Position numbers and translations under genes: made by a program | Shown: positions 1 through 13,789 of the stretch, piece after piece | Position numbering within the stretch: the stretch's first letter is position 1 | Layout: every line of letters starts with the position of its first letter | The notes under the pieces: generated by a model | What the model was told of the DNA's origin: nothing | The model's input: the letters and a program-made list of their open reading frames with translations, nothing else | Databases searched by the model: none | Assembly (NCBI GenBank): GCA_051362555.1 | Contig: CM120641.1 | Location: forward strand, 24,124,401-24,188,400 | DNA: 64,000 nt | Source: Lingula anatina | Taxonomy: Eukaryota; Animalia; Brachiopoda | Reading direction: 5' to 3'

Positions 1-3000
1 TCATATAAGACCATTTGACTGGGTTTGTTCTGCTATCAACAACTCTGGAAGATATATACTGTAGAATTGCTGTCAGCTAATTGCTTCTGAAACTTGCATG
101 TATCAGACAGAAGCCAGCAGTGGCAAAGAACAGGGCATTGGTGATTATTCTCACTAGATACACATGTGTCATTAAGCACAAACAATAATAGATAGCTAGG
201 TAGAAAAGTAGATCCCCTTTAAACACTAGCTGTGTGTTTGCAAACTCATGTTGTTTACGCGGCATCTGTCCCCGCTAACTTCCTGCTAAGGACTGCTGCT
301 GAACCTTCACGTTCTGGTTTGTCAAAGCCATATACATGTATAATGTATATGAAAAGATGAAGGGGCATACTCTAACCTTAGTACCTCAGTGGAACATGTG
401 ATGATAAACGAGATGTAATTGATATTTGATAAAACAGATCAAATGTTATTCTGTAGCTTTTATACTTTAAAGAAAGAAATTCCAACCAGTAATTTTGCCC
501 AGGAAGTATTGGGACCTGACGACGACCTGCTTCAGCATTCAGATATGTAATTTATGTATAGATATAACCATGCAGGGGAAAGGTTTGTGTGGATATTGTA
601 ATTATTGGATCTGCAAATTAAATTCTGATAGCCATCCATACCCAGTATTCTCCTGAGGGTGATGATCTGTCTTCTGGTAGAAGGGCATGCAGTTCTCGTA
701 AGAGGCTAAGGCAATTCTTTGCATCATATGCAGGCGCATTTACATTTGGCATAACTTACGACATGACAACTTACAGCAGCACCAGAGAGTGGACTGCAGG
801 ATTGCAATTATTCTCTTGTAGCTGTTTGCTGTTATGGCACTGTCTCACTCAGCAGCATTTCCACACACATATCTTTGTGTAATTAAAATAACACATTGTT
901 TTTTCCTATCTAGTTTCTGGTGCCAATGGAGGCTGGAGGCTGAAGTGAATGGATGTTAGCATATAGTGCCTTTGTGGATTCTGAATTGAGCAGTCCCGTT
1001 TTCCTTTATAAAATTAGGATTTCAGCCTATGCCACTAGCCTTTACTACATGTACTAGTGGCATAAACTACATATTTATTATATCTTGGTTTATATATTAT
1101 ATAACCTTATTGTCATAAACTATAACTTGATTATAGATAAATAACAGGTCTAGTCCATGCTAGTTGGTATTTGGTGAATTTTAAATAATATCCCCTGAGT
1201 GCAGCTTGTGAAAATACTATATATCTTCCAATATTAAAACATCTGCCAATTTTGTAGACTAAATTTATTTACTGGGTTGTAGTATTGTCTCTACCTGGTC
1301 AGTGAATCCTGTGAGTTTCTCTTTACCTCACTACAAATAGTAATTTGATTATTGCATGGCAGATGGTCAACACCATATATATCTAAACTGCTACCTTTCA
1401 TAGGGATTATCCAAAAAGCCTATTTAATCATGTGCCATAGGCATTGAAGTAATTTCTCCTATTGTGACATGACTTTCTTTGAACTAAATTGATGTGAAAA
1501 TTGGTTCCTCTTACTGAGGATCAGATATATCTATTGTTCACATAGATATTCTCTCTATACAGCTTTAAATAGGGCTTTTCATAAAATAGATTAATTTTTG
1601 GGATTGCGGTCATTGCAGATATTAGTTTTCTTTATTATGTTTTCCCTGCATTGTTTGCTTTGTGGTATTTTCCAATTCCTTTGTGTTTGTACTGACCATA
1701 ATTATGCAGTATTGATCCTACAGTAATTGAGACAATTAAAAAAATGGGAAGCTAAATGTGGATTTCTCATTTTCATGCCCTGGTTGTAAGAAAGTGGATT
1801 AAAAGATTAATTACCCCCCCCCCCCATCCCCACCCTGATGGAAAAGTTGCACAGGGAACAAGAAGTGAACGAGTACAGTTAGATAGGAGAGTACTCAGGG
1901 TAATAAAAGTTTACTTAGTGAAAGCTGAGAAGTTAAGGCTGTCATTGAAAGGACCCAACACAACAGATCAATGGGTGAATGGCGTAAGGAAGTTACGCTT
2001 AAATGCCTTGTTATTTTGATCTGACAGTTCAGCCATTCAGCAGCAATGACATAGAACTAAGGTGGGATCACAACAAAAGCTGTCGGCCTGTTTACTCTAG
2101 GCAAAGAATCGCCCAAGAGGAAATCAATTGTAGTAATGAAAGTGAGCTAGTGCATTTTATGAGATTGAAAACTTTTGAACAGTTCAGTTCATGGCAGGTG
2201 TGGCAAAAGGCTAGGGAGATCTCGACTCAGATCAGACTCTTCAATCTGTTGTGAAAACAAGGTGAAGATTGCACGAATTTGACAAGTAAGGAACTAGTTG
2301 ATTAATTATGACTTGTAGTGTTAAAGGATTTGCTTGACATTGGGGAAATACCTATGTTGACCTTATGATTTTAATTGTTATTTGTCACACAAAATTCAGG
2401 AAGCTATGCCTGAAAGTATTTGGTCAAGACACCTGAGAATACTGGGGTTAAATACAAATTTCAATAAATCTGTTTCAGCCAGATAAAATATAGGTTTTAT
2501 GAAATTAGACAAAATGTTGAGTAGAGTGTTTTGCACCAAAATTTGCACTGGACAGTTAATGTTCCTGAGTCATCCAATTGCGTCAGTCCTCCCTAATTAA
2601 CTGTCACATTTGTCTTCAGATTATGTTTGCACTTAATCAAGCTACATGTTGTATTTTGTCAATTCCACAGGAACACAGTAGAAAAAATATGCAAAAAAAT
2701 GACCAAGATTCCATTTTTTGTTACAATCAAATAAGGTTAGTCATCCGTAAGCCGAACCCTGGCAGTAAAACCACTAAAAGGGCAGAAGTTCTTGTGCTTT
2801 CACCATGGGGTGTTGATTTTCATGGTTAGTGGGAGTTAGGGAAGAATTTGCGGCTTTTCTGTTATTTATACCCTGTGTTTACCTGGCATGATGTGCAGTT
2901 TCAGTGGCTTAAGGGTCAAGAATAAAATTGGGTTCTATACCCCAGGGATATGTTAGGGTTTCAGGGTTGAGACGCGAAGGGGGGGAGATGTGAACAGGAA

Positions 3001-3786
3001 TATTTATAGGTGATATTTGAGTACAAGAACAACTGATAGCAACTGCTAGCACAGAATTGGATTTGAGCTCAGAGATTGACAAGCTGAAGTGCGCTATGGA
3101 ATCTGTCAGTGCATACATGTAACAACCTCTATGAAGAATTTTGCTACATTGTTGCACTTTTAATACAAAGTTTACACATATAGGTTGGTGTGTTTGGTAT
3201 GCCAGTGAGCCTGTTCAACATTTCATGAAGTCAAGGAAGGACCATAGCACATTATTATACAATTTTCTCTTGGTAATAAGATTTATGCGCTCTGTATCAT
3301 TTTATATCAATAAGTCATCAGTCACTCAGTCACAATGGATCAAGGAACCCTGGGAGAATGCAGATAATAGAGAATTGAGAATTTCATCAGTAAAATTTCA
3401 TTTCTTTCTGCCCCCTGTGTAGTGAGTGAGCTGTTTGGTAATATGTTTCTCTGGGATGGGATAATTGTCTGCCATGAGTGGGAGAGAGGGAGAGGAGGCC
3501 AGCTGGGAACCCATCTGGACACGGGAGAGATGTACTGCAGGCATAGGGAAATATGTAATTTTCTTTTGTATTTGATACTGCCATTCATGGATAAGATGCA
3601 AAAACAGCTAAATATATCAAACTTTGTAAGTTCTAAATTTTTGTGCAAGCAAACATAATAAATAGACTGATCTTAGCATACTAAGTGTGTTTGCTGGAAA
3701 ATATGGCCATGTTGTCAGTTCAATAAACTGGAGGAAATCCTCTTTAAGTGCTTGAAATATCTCCTGTTTTAATAATACCTGCAGGG

Positions 3787-4375
3787 CTTGGGTCTATTTT
3801 ACAAAAAAAAAAAAAAAAAAAAACTATAATTCTCTAGGCTTAGCTAAGGCTGTGTTCACACGAAAAATCTATTTTCTATAAATCTAGAAATCTATTTGCA
3901 TATGTTGTGATCACGGTCTGTGCCCTGAATATCCCACGGCGTAATTACGGGCAGCGCGAGCCAGTTACTTAATTAATTCTTGGCGCTGCCAGTAATTACA
4001 CCGCTGGGTATTCAGGGTACAGACTATGATCACAAGGTACTGCAAATAGATTTTTAGATTTTTAGAAAATAGATTTTTCATGTGCACGCAGCCTAAGACT
4101 GCTCTGATGGCTGACCATAGACAGCTGACCACATAAGGTGGACTTGGCTATTTTGGTTTAAGAGTGTTGTATGAAAGATAGGCTGCAGACTGAATATATT
4201 CATCTTCAAGACAATTAGATTTCGATGTAGGGGATTAATGTTAATATCGTATAAAAAAAGGAAGTAAGCACCCTTAAAAATTTTTTGTTAAACTCAACTA
4301 ACCCATTTACAGTCCACAGTAGTGTTAGCTAAGACCGATTTTCGACTTATGATTCTTTGTGAATTGGAGCCCAAG
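3787..4375. mobile_element. Older degenerate MITE that hosts the nested 3848-4093 element
   Basis: Imperfect inverted termini cttgggtctattttacaaa / tttgtgaattggagcccaag, plus cttagctaa / ttagctaag pairing further in. Confidence 0.4.
3848..4093. mobile_element. PIF/Harbinger (Tourist-like) MITE, 246 bp, near-palindromic over its whole length
   Basis: Termini GGCTGTGTTCACACG...CATGTGCACGCAGCC. TAA direct repeats at 3845-3847 and 4094-4096. Internal arms pair (aaaaatctattttcta / tagaaaatagattttt; ccctgaata / tattcaggg). Confidence 0.85.
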
Positions 4376-4852
4376 GCAGCAGGACAAACTATTAAAGACT
4401 CAGGCAGAATTTGATTTCAAATGTCTCCAGGGTATAAAACAGTTACAAATGCTGCAGCTCAAACTATAGAGTAAAATGGTGATATGTGAGCCAGGGCAGA
4501 GCTCTGAAACAACCCCTTTGTAATATTTATGAAGAGCATTCTGGACCATTAGATACATTGTAATTCTTACCTTTGAAGAGTTGGGGGTCTCAGTGACGTT
4601 GTTGACTTGGTCAATTATATGACATACATATATAGTGACCTTTTGTATTGTTAGTTTGATCTGGCACTGCTGGGAAGGGTAGAATGAGAACTTTAAGTAT
4701 GAAGATGGTTTGTCCATTAGTGCTGATGATTTATTTCTGAGAACATTTGGTAAGAAAAAAGTGTTCAACATTATTTTCATGATGAACCAATGCAAATGTA
4801 TCATGGTGTAGTATTATTTTCCTGATAAAACTGATTATCAATTTTTTTCTAG

Positions 4853-4910
4853 ATTGGTTGAGAGCAGAGAAACCAGAGAACTATGAAGGCCCAATTCCTT
4901 GCAATTTAAG
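4853..4910 (+). other. Candidate non-coding 5' UTR exon of the LHFPL2-like gene
   Basis: Polypyrimidine tract plus AG (atttttttctag) and donor AAG|GTATGT bracket 58 nt. Other strong donors lie near 2286 and 10193, and an acceptor at 13608-13609 precedes the ATG exon. No transcript evidence. Confidence 0.35.
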
Positions 4911-7900
4911 GTATGTATAATTGCCACTTTGGCAAGATATTTGAATGATTGTATTAAAGATATTTTAAGTGTTTTTAAAGTATTGAGAAATACTGTGTTT
5001 TATTACCAGTGAAAATTACTGGTTACAATCACATTATAAAAGCTACTGTGAGGGGTAAGCTTCCAAGGAATTCCTGATCATATTGGGAGATATGAACAAT
5101 ATTCAGAAATCCAATATACATTGGATATATATTTATATTTTTCCAATATACCGGTACAATTGAAAAAAAAAAAAAAGAAAAGAATTGAGCCAAAATAACA
5201 GACCTAAAAAGTTTAAGCATGTTAAAACTTAAGAGTAAGTGACTCTGAGACTGAGAGGAAAAAATTCTCCGAAAAATTACTATTTGAGTATAGACATCTT
5301 TTCCTCTGCATTAGACCCAGTTTGACTGCACTGTTCTCTATCCTGGAGATCAGATACCTTGGCCAGGGATTTGTGGACAATGTGACTAATGACCACGCAA
5401 ATGGACTGGGCATTGTGAACCTTGAAGGCTTGACACAATAGATTGCTTTAGGTACTTGTGGTCATGCAGGAAAAGAAGCTATAAATCCAGTGATATGGAC
5501 AACTCTTTGTTATTGATTTGCTTAATGACTCCACACAATAAATTGTTTAAAAAGTAAATTTTGAGAAGTGATTGTTATGTGATTACCCTAGGGCAAGTAT
5601 TTTGTCATAAGCGCACAATCAGAACATAATCTATATTGAAGAAAATAATTAATATGCCACCCATCCAGCAGCATCAGCCACCCCCCCCCCCTCTCCAAAG
5701 AAAAAAATAGCTTTATTTTAACATCAAAGGTCTCATTTTTACCCCCAATTGAAGACATTGGATAATCTTCCAGATATAAGTGAATCACTCCACTTTGATG
5801 TTTGAGAGCAAGTACACACGAAAACAAGGACTTGTTTATTTCCTGTTATCTCACTGACCACAGTGACCACAGAAGGTTGCTGACCAAAGTTAACAGGCTA
5901 AATTGACCGCTAACTATAGTCTTTGATGTATCAGACAGCAGTACAGTCATATAACACGCCTCCTTGCCTCCTTTTTATGTCCTTCATTTCTGCTGGGAAA
6001 GTAGAGAAAGCACATAAAGTTTGTTCCCTAGGAAAGTTTGGTTACAAGGCAGAAAATCCATCATATCCATGCCTAACTTTTGGCATATAGTCTAGGAGAG
6101 AACAAGGCAAAAACAAGTTAGAAATTGAGGAAAAGAATGGGGTGCATTGAATGATTTAAAACTTCCAGCAGAGAAAATATTCCAAGACTTTTGGTAAGTG
6201 ATACACTGAGAGGAGATTGATACAGAAAGACGAAGTAAAGCAAAGTTTAGTAACACGAGAATACAATTTTCTACATTTTTGAGATAATTACTGCTCTTTG
6301 GTAGCAGGGTTTTGTTGCTAATGAGCTTTACATCATACATTTAAATAGTTCTTTTTGTTTGTTAAGTGAATTTTTTTATTTTTATTTGTTGCATTTTACT
6401 GATTTCAAATTTGATGGAAAATTGAAAAATTCATAGTCATTCAATCTCATAATTTTGGTTATTACGTATAATTTTTTTAGAAGGGGGATGGGGCTGTAAA
6501 AGAGATGAAGTTATCTTCAGGAAATGTTTTCAGTTTTTCAAACACATAGCTAATGAAACTGTTCAACATTTTCAGTGCAAAAATTCATAATGCACATATT
6601 ATATAATTTCCCAAAATTAAAGGAACAAATAGACCTACATGTGTCATTTTCGATAAAAGTAAGCTTTGAGTTGGCAGCTCCCATGGTGAGAGATTTCCTT
6701 CAACCAATCTCCATTGTTATCATTCTTTCTCCACCGTGCTAATATTTCAGGGAAGACTCACAAGTCTGGAGGTATTGATTAGGAAACCCAAACTCATTTC
6801 AGTTTTAATTACACAGATTTCTTTGGTCTCTAGTGTTCATAGATGATGGGAATGTGGTATATGCACTTAAAAACTCATCTGTATTCTGTAGGTCTGGGAT
6901 CCATGGAACTTTATTACAGATTTTGGTCCAGCCATAAGGGAATATATGGATGAATGAATGAACAAACGAATGAATGAACAAACAAACAAATGAAATAATT
7001 AATTAATTAATTGATTAATTAATGATGATATTTTTTATTTTTGTACGTCATCAATTACTTTTTAAAACCAGAATTGCTACACTCCTTTGCTTGGATTTAG
7101 AAAAAATTCTAAACAGCCTTCTTGCTTTTTATAAGGAGAAGTTTAAGCCATTTAAAAAATCTCTCTTAGACCAGTGGCTTTCAACAGAGACATGTATGGA
7201 CTGCAGTAATGGAAGTACCACTCAAGGGTAGCTCTGCTATCTCCATCCAGCGGGTTAGAGGTGGTTAGGGATTTGTACATAGCTCTGGGGTCCTCTACAC
7301 GATTATAGACCCATTTCCATTTATTTGATACGTCAACTTGAATTTCAGGAAATGCCTGAAAAGGTTGTACAAGGAGTACTAGGAGTTCCTTGAAAGTGGT
7401 TCCTAGCCGTAATCTGCATGTGTAATTAGCCATTTCTGCACAAATAGCACTTCAATGTGTGCAGTTTATCATGTGGCTGGTGTCCTGTTACCTTGGCTTT
7501 GTATCTACTGATGAACAATTAGCGACAGAAAGCAATTTCTTAGTGCATGAAACTCTGCAGTATAATCTGGGAGTACAATGACTTGGTGTGATGAACACAG
7601 GAGATAAGGTCCATGTGCAGGGTAATATTCAGTGTGATATGATTACTGTATTGATTGGTGAATCTGAAGCTCAGGAAGCCAGTAGCCCAGGAGGGTCCTT
7701 TTGGGACAGTGTAACCCACTCCATAGAGGAATTGATAGAGAAGGGATCAGTCCATAGGATAACTCTCTGTAGCTGTCCTCAAACTGTGGTTACAAAAAGG
7801 TAAGAGATGGTGCTGTTAGATCATCATTAATGGTGTCTGGAAGGGACATCATAGAAACTGTCAAGGAAGAGGTGGTGTCCAGAGAAGAGATGGTGTCTTG

Positions 7901-9766
7901 AAAAGAAATGAATTGTGTCTTGGGAGGAGAAGGGCAGGGTCTTGAAAAAGGAATGTCTTGAGAAATTATATATTGTGGAGAAATACAGTTGTCGGTGTAT
8001 TGCCATTTTTAAAAAAATCAACTTAGCTGAGATATCTTTTTAAATTATAGACTTTTGAAATAATTTCTAGACATCATGCCTTAATGCGAGGGTAGTGAAA
8101 GGTGTTCATTTAAGTCTTGTTCTGTTAAGACCTGTACCATGTTTGGTTATGATGGAATATAGTGAAGTCTTAAGTGAACATCTGTATATACAATATCTGT
8201 GTACAGTATACTCTGAGCAAATATGGTATTTGTGCACCTGCAGGCATACATGTAATTAAGCATGCTGGAAAATACTGTATACCTTCATCAGGTTGATACT
8301 AGCACATTAACATGCAGGTGTTCAGCTTGATGAAACAAAGCTGACTCAGGCAAGGATATTCTTATTGTAGATCTAAATTATTTATTGTTCAGGAAAAGGT
8401 CTGTCTTCTGTGCATCTTTGTTTATTTCAGTATACAGCCACACCCAAAATTTCCTACAAAGTCATTAATTTTATAATTACAAGTATATACCATAGATGAA
8501 AATTAAGTGTGGAATAACTGGACATTAGTTTGGACATTAGAAATTCATTTGTGAACATTAATGGTTGTTAAGAAATATACTTGCTGGTGATCTACGGCAT
8601 TCATAGACATGATTAGAAGACATTTGTAGCTAGTGTGCTACCCATTCTAAACAGGCTAATGCTTTTCATTTTTCTTACATAACCATCAGCAAAAAGCTTA
8701 CAGCCGTATCTAGGAACACGAGATTACTCTGAAGTGGGAAAAAATACATGTACATGATGCCAGCATATTGTCATCTGTTGTAAACTGCACTAAGGTGTAG
8801 TGGAGGGTGATATACTAGTATAAGGACCAGGCTTTTTAAAATACTTTACCAAATTATTTCAAGCTGAGTGGCCAAAAAATACAGATTCCTTGGTGATTAA
8901 TTTTAAGACCTTTTGTAATATCACTTGCAAAAAAAAAAAAAAAAAAAAAAAAATGTAAATTCAGCCTGAATGTCATGCTGGCTGCTTTGTTCTACATATG
9001 AATAGCTCTAACATGATTTGAATTTTGAATTTAATGATTTATGACTATGAAAGAGACTATGAGAGATGGCAATAAATAATCCAAGCTCTGCATGGTTACT
9101 ACAATAGCCAGTAGCCTTGGCACTATATGAAAAAATGTGACCTTTACAAGTTTTTAGAGAAAAAAGGGGCACAAAAATCATGTCTCAATCTGAACAAAAC
9201 CATCTGACCCAGAGCATGTTAAGATAGCAAAGGAATTAAGTGCCTCATTCCTTCCAACACAAAATTCAGGCAATCTCAACTTTTATATATATCTAATGCG
9301 TGCGAGCATGCGTGCCTGTTTGAACAGGTATTTCGTCGAGAGTAAAAGTCAAGTCTGCTACCCATGAAGGGTCAGCCCATCTGGAGTTTTACTGCACATT
9401 AAGCATGACAGGTATAATGAGTTGCTTTTACTAGTACATCTGGATGAGGTGAAAGGGTCTGTTAGTGTAGGTTGTGGTGATATAATTCAGCCAAATTTGT
9501 CTGCAGCCCCAGAGGTCTCACTTTTCAAAAGAAACAGCATTCCAATTCCGAATGCAGTTATATGATATCAGATTGGCAATTGGGTTTCTAATGCTTGTTT
9601 ATTTCGAAGGTAAATAGTCATTTGCTGATCAAATATGCATGTGTTTGATGTGATGTAATTATTTACTGGGAAGGATTGGAACAACTTTCATCTTCTGTAA
9701 GCATGTCAGCTGTCAGTGAGTGCATTTCAACTACTGTATCAAGGTAAGGGAGAGAGTTAAAGTGAA

Positions 9767-9838
9767 AGAGAGAGAGAGAGAGCAAGAGAGAAGGAGGGAT
9801 GGAGGTAGGTGGAGGGGGGCAGAGAGAGAGAGAGAGAG
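9767..9838. repeat. (GA)n / purine-rich low-complexity tract
   Basis: Two GA runs flanking a GGA-rich stretch. Confidence 0.8.
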
Positions 9839-12800
9839 GTGGGTCAAATGGAGGGACTTTCACTTTCATTATCAATTTTGTGAGCATATACCATGCCCAC
9901 ACCTCATTATGATAAATATTATATTCTAAGAATTACCATATTATCAGCTTGAGCAACCTCCTATCTTTACACCTGTGAGTGACTCTGGCACAGTTAGATA
10001 ATGGGAAGGTGGGCAGACATCACAACTTGATATGGCAGAACTTGGCAACAATTGGCAGGTTCATCCTGTCATTAAATTATTTCTTGATAAGAGATGTCAG
10101 GGATGGTTTTTAACTGATCTTGGTGGTAATAGGTTATCAGATTGGAATTACTTTCACAGATGAAGTGTCTCTGTAGATGGGTGACTGAAAGGTAAGTGGT
10201 AAGTTGGGTTTTTGAATTTTGGTGTTTTTTTTTCATATTTCGTGATGGGAAATTAATTTTTGTTTTGAGAACTGAATATTTTTTTTATTTTTATTTCAAT
10301 TTAGTAATATATTTATTGTTTGAAATATCTTATTTATGCTACCCTGAGTGTCAGAGCAACGTATATATATATATCTTAAGTAGCTGAAAATTAAGTGATA
10401 ATCATTATGGCATGAGGTGGATTATGGAAAAAAAGCTAATTTTTCTTATTTTGACATGAGATAGCAGCAATATCATGTTTGGTCCAAAAACCATTCTCCA
10501 TAGTCTGAGAAAAAAATTGAAAAAAAAAAAAAAAAAAAAACACTTTGTGAAAAGCATTGGGACTATTTAACCAATGAGCACAAAGATGAAAGCTGGAGGG
10601 CTGTTTGCCCTATTATAATTTAACAAATTGATTGAAAGAAGGGGCCACCTTTGATCCCTTGAAGTGGATTAAGTTTGAAACAATTAACTTTGACTGAAAG
10701 GTGGCCTTTCATCTCTTGGCTACACCTTTTTATTACTTTTCCAGAGGTTTCTTTCCGAAATTTCTAGGGTATCAGTTTCATTCAAATCTGTAACAACTAT
10801 TTAGTGTTCTTAACGAGAAATGGAAGAGAAAGGGCTATTTTACAATCCATCCCATCTACTGTACAATTTCGCACATCAAAAGAGGTAGTTGTTTCCAATT
10901 TTCTATTGTAAATAACAAGGAAATATAATATTACTAAGATACTTGAGTAATGTTTTGTATTACTTTTTAAGTGCTTCCTTTTTTTCCATGTCAGTCAACA
11001 TTGATTGTATACCATGATCATTTCAGTAGTAGATATAGAAATGGGTTGTACATTGATGTGATAATTTAGGAAATGAGAAAGGTTAGATATCGCTGCAGAC
11101 TCGATATCAAATGTCATTATCATAATTTTTTGTCAAGGTTTTTAGACTTGAGTGTATTCAGTGTTGTGATACTAAGAGTTAGTGGTACTGAGTATACATC
11201 CAATATAGGTAAGTGGAGGGTGCATAACAGGTGGTCTTTTATTGAAATATTTGGGCAGGTTTTGGGTTTTCCAGGAGTTTCATGGAAAAAAGACTTTGTT
11301 CTTTGTATGTGAGATAAAGACCTGAATTTAGTGCTGTATAGGAGTACATTTATCTGAGACAACTGCCCTAAATGCACCATCATTTAAACATAAAAAGACC
11401 CTTGGATTGGCTCTTAATAGTTCAGGAAGATGATTTAATGTCTGCGTTCCTGTATGCCAGTGGTAATGTCTGGGCAAGTTCACAGCTTAATGTATCTCTG
11501 GTGCATTTATGACAACTGTAATTGGCTCAGCGGCAACAAGTCCTGTTCAAAGCGTCCAAGCATAAATGCCCCCATTTTATCTTCTGCTCTACCTTGTCAG
11601 TAGTGTTTTATTGCGATCTTTATCTGAGCTGGTAAATCAAATGTGAATGGGATTGATCATACAATGAGAGAAAGGATATAAAGAATACATACAGTCACAA
11701 GGAGAAATAACCCAGTAAACATCAGTGTGCAAAACTCAAACTGAATTGTCAGCTATGAGATTGAAGCACTCCCACTCCTACTCTAAATTTGTTTGGATTG
11801 ATCTTGACTTTGGAGGTTAAGTCTTTTAAAGATTCCATACCAAGTGGAACTTGTTTTGATGCAAGTCGACTGCAGGCTGAGTGAGAGGAGTGAGGTTAGC
11901 CACATATTATTCTTGGTGGGCTTGAAAGTCGGTGGGCAGGCTGGGAAATTGTGAGCATACTACAGGTGGTGTACTTTTTATTGAATACGCATGACATTTT
12001 TTTGTGTTCACCATTTCAGATATAACAATTTAGTCTCTAACTGTGTAAATAATCCAGAAGTTTGGTATTTAAGAGAGGACGAGCTTGTACATATCATCTT
12101 TTGTAAATGTGACAAGATGTGTTCACCTCTCATCGAGTCTGTGTAATCGGCACTTGCCAGTTGACATGTTTATGTATAATAACAGATATATCAGACTTGG
12201 CCTGTGTGAAGTTCATAGGAATACTTAGCTAACCTGTCAGTGTTTGGTAGATGAGTGTACCAGTAATTAGATAGCTCAGTCTGTTTTTTTTTTTTAATGA
12301 AAACATTGGGTGTAGGTTCCAATTAATCATCATGATTGAGTTGAGAGGAGGTGTGGAGTGTTTGGATATGACATTCTTCATGTCTGGATGTTGTCAGGTG
12401 ATTTAAGGAAAGTTCATAGTACTTTAATAGTGGTATAAGTGTCCAACGTCCTGAATGTATTTTTGTGAGTGGGATGGGTAGGGGTGAGTTTGGATGGGCA
12501 CATGTGTTAATTTTGTCTTTATGTGTTGAAAGAGAATGTTGGAAAAAAAAGGAAGAAAAAAGAAAAAGATATGTTAAGAACAGAGAGGCAGATTGTTGTC
12601 CTCAGAAACTTCCCACCATTGAAATATAATGCAGCTGCATTGTTAAAGTAAACTAAATAAAGGATGCCTTGAGTCATGTCTTCTTCCTTCAGAGGCCAAT
12701 AAGGTTTTGGTTTTCGTTCTATCCTTTCTAAACGTAGTTTCAAGCAAAGCAACCCAAAACCTTTCTGTTTGAGGCGCTTACTAATGAAGCTTATCTTTAA

Positions 12801-13789
12801 GCTGCATTTTCCATCATGGCAGTTCTATTATTTATTCCTCCTTTTTGTGGTGTGTGGAGGTCTTGTAGACTTCTTGTAGATTAAAATCCTTGCAGAAGTC
12901 CTCTCTTATCTGTTTCACCACAGACCAAGATGATGGCTGGATGATAGTTAAAAACAAGAGAGTCAGTTGATTTTTACTGACATTACGAAATTGATGCCTG
13001 TTGAAGGAGTGAAATGAGCTATTAGACCTGAAATTGAAAAACTGAGTGATGATTCTTTCCTCGGGGGAGAATTGTTTCAGCCCTAGATTTTGCATAACTT
13101 CATCACAGAGTTGCCTTTCTTGTATATTGTGATAATGATTGCTAAAATTTAGATCTATGGCATAGGGCAGATAAAAAAATAACAGGATGTTTTCCAGCAA
13201 GAATATTCTCATGAGTGCATGATGTGTATAGATAAATGGATACTCTCGTTACTGAATACTTAATGATTCCTGAACCTTCATTTTTCAGAAAAAGCTAATC
13301 TGTTTGATGTGTTCAATTTTCAGGGATTTTTTATTAAATAATTTACACAGGGATACGATCCTAACTCAAATATATGCTCACTAGACCTTGGGTGCAACCA
13401 ACATCCTTGGTGCAACTGACAGCATTCACTTTATCCTTGACTTGCAGATCATGGGATTTTGATGTAATTGTTTTCTTTGGATCAAACAGTACTGATTTTT
13501 TTTAATGAAAAGTGCAGATTTAGTAAGCACATGCCCTTTACTTGTGCCCCTGATTGTTTATATACATGTAATTCTCAGCAGTCAACATGGTCTACTTTTA
13601 TTTTTTCAGATGATAAGAAGAATGTGATGCTATTGTTCCCTCAAACCTGTTGTACATGAACATATATACTCCAATGAGGAAAGGCGCATAGCGGTTTTCT
13701 ACAACAGTGGAAAACCTTGGGATCTGAAAAACAGGACATTTAGAAGCGAATCAGAACTTATTTTGCTTATATTGTCCAGTCTTACCAAG

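Noticed and set aside
1028-1064. 11-bp stem hairpin TATGCCACTAG...CTAGTGGCATA
   Set aside because: Too short and isolated to call an RNA gene or an element.
7805-7965. Degenerate ~20-bp GAGATGGTGTCTTG-like repeats
   Set aside because: Irregular, decayed low-complexity repeat with no consistent period or coding signal.
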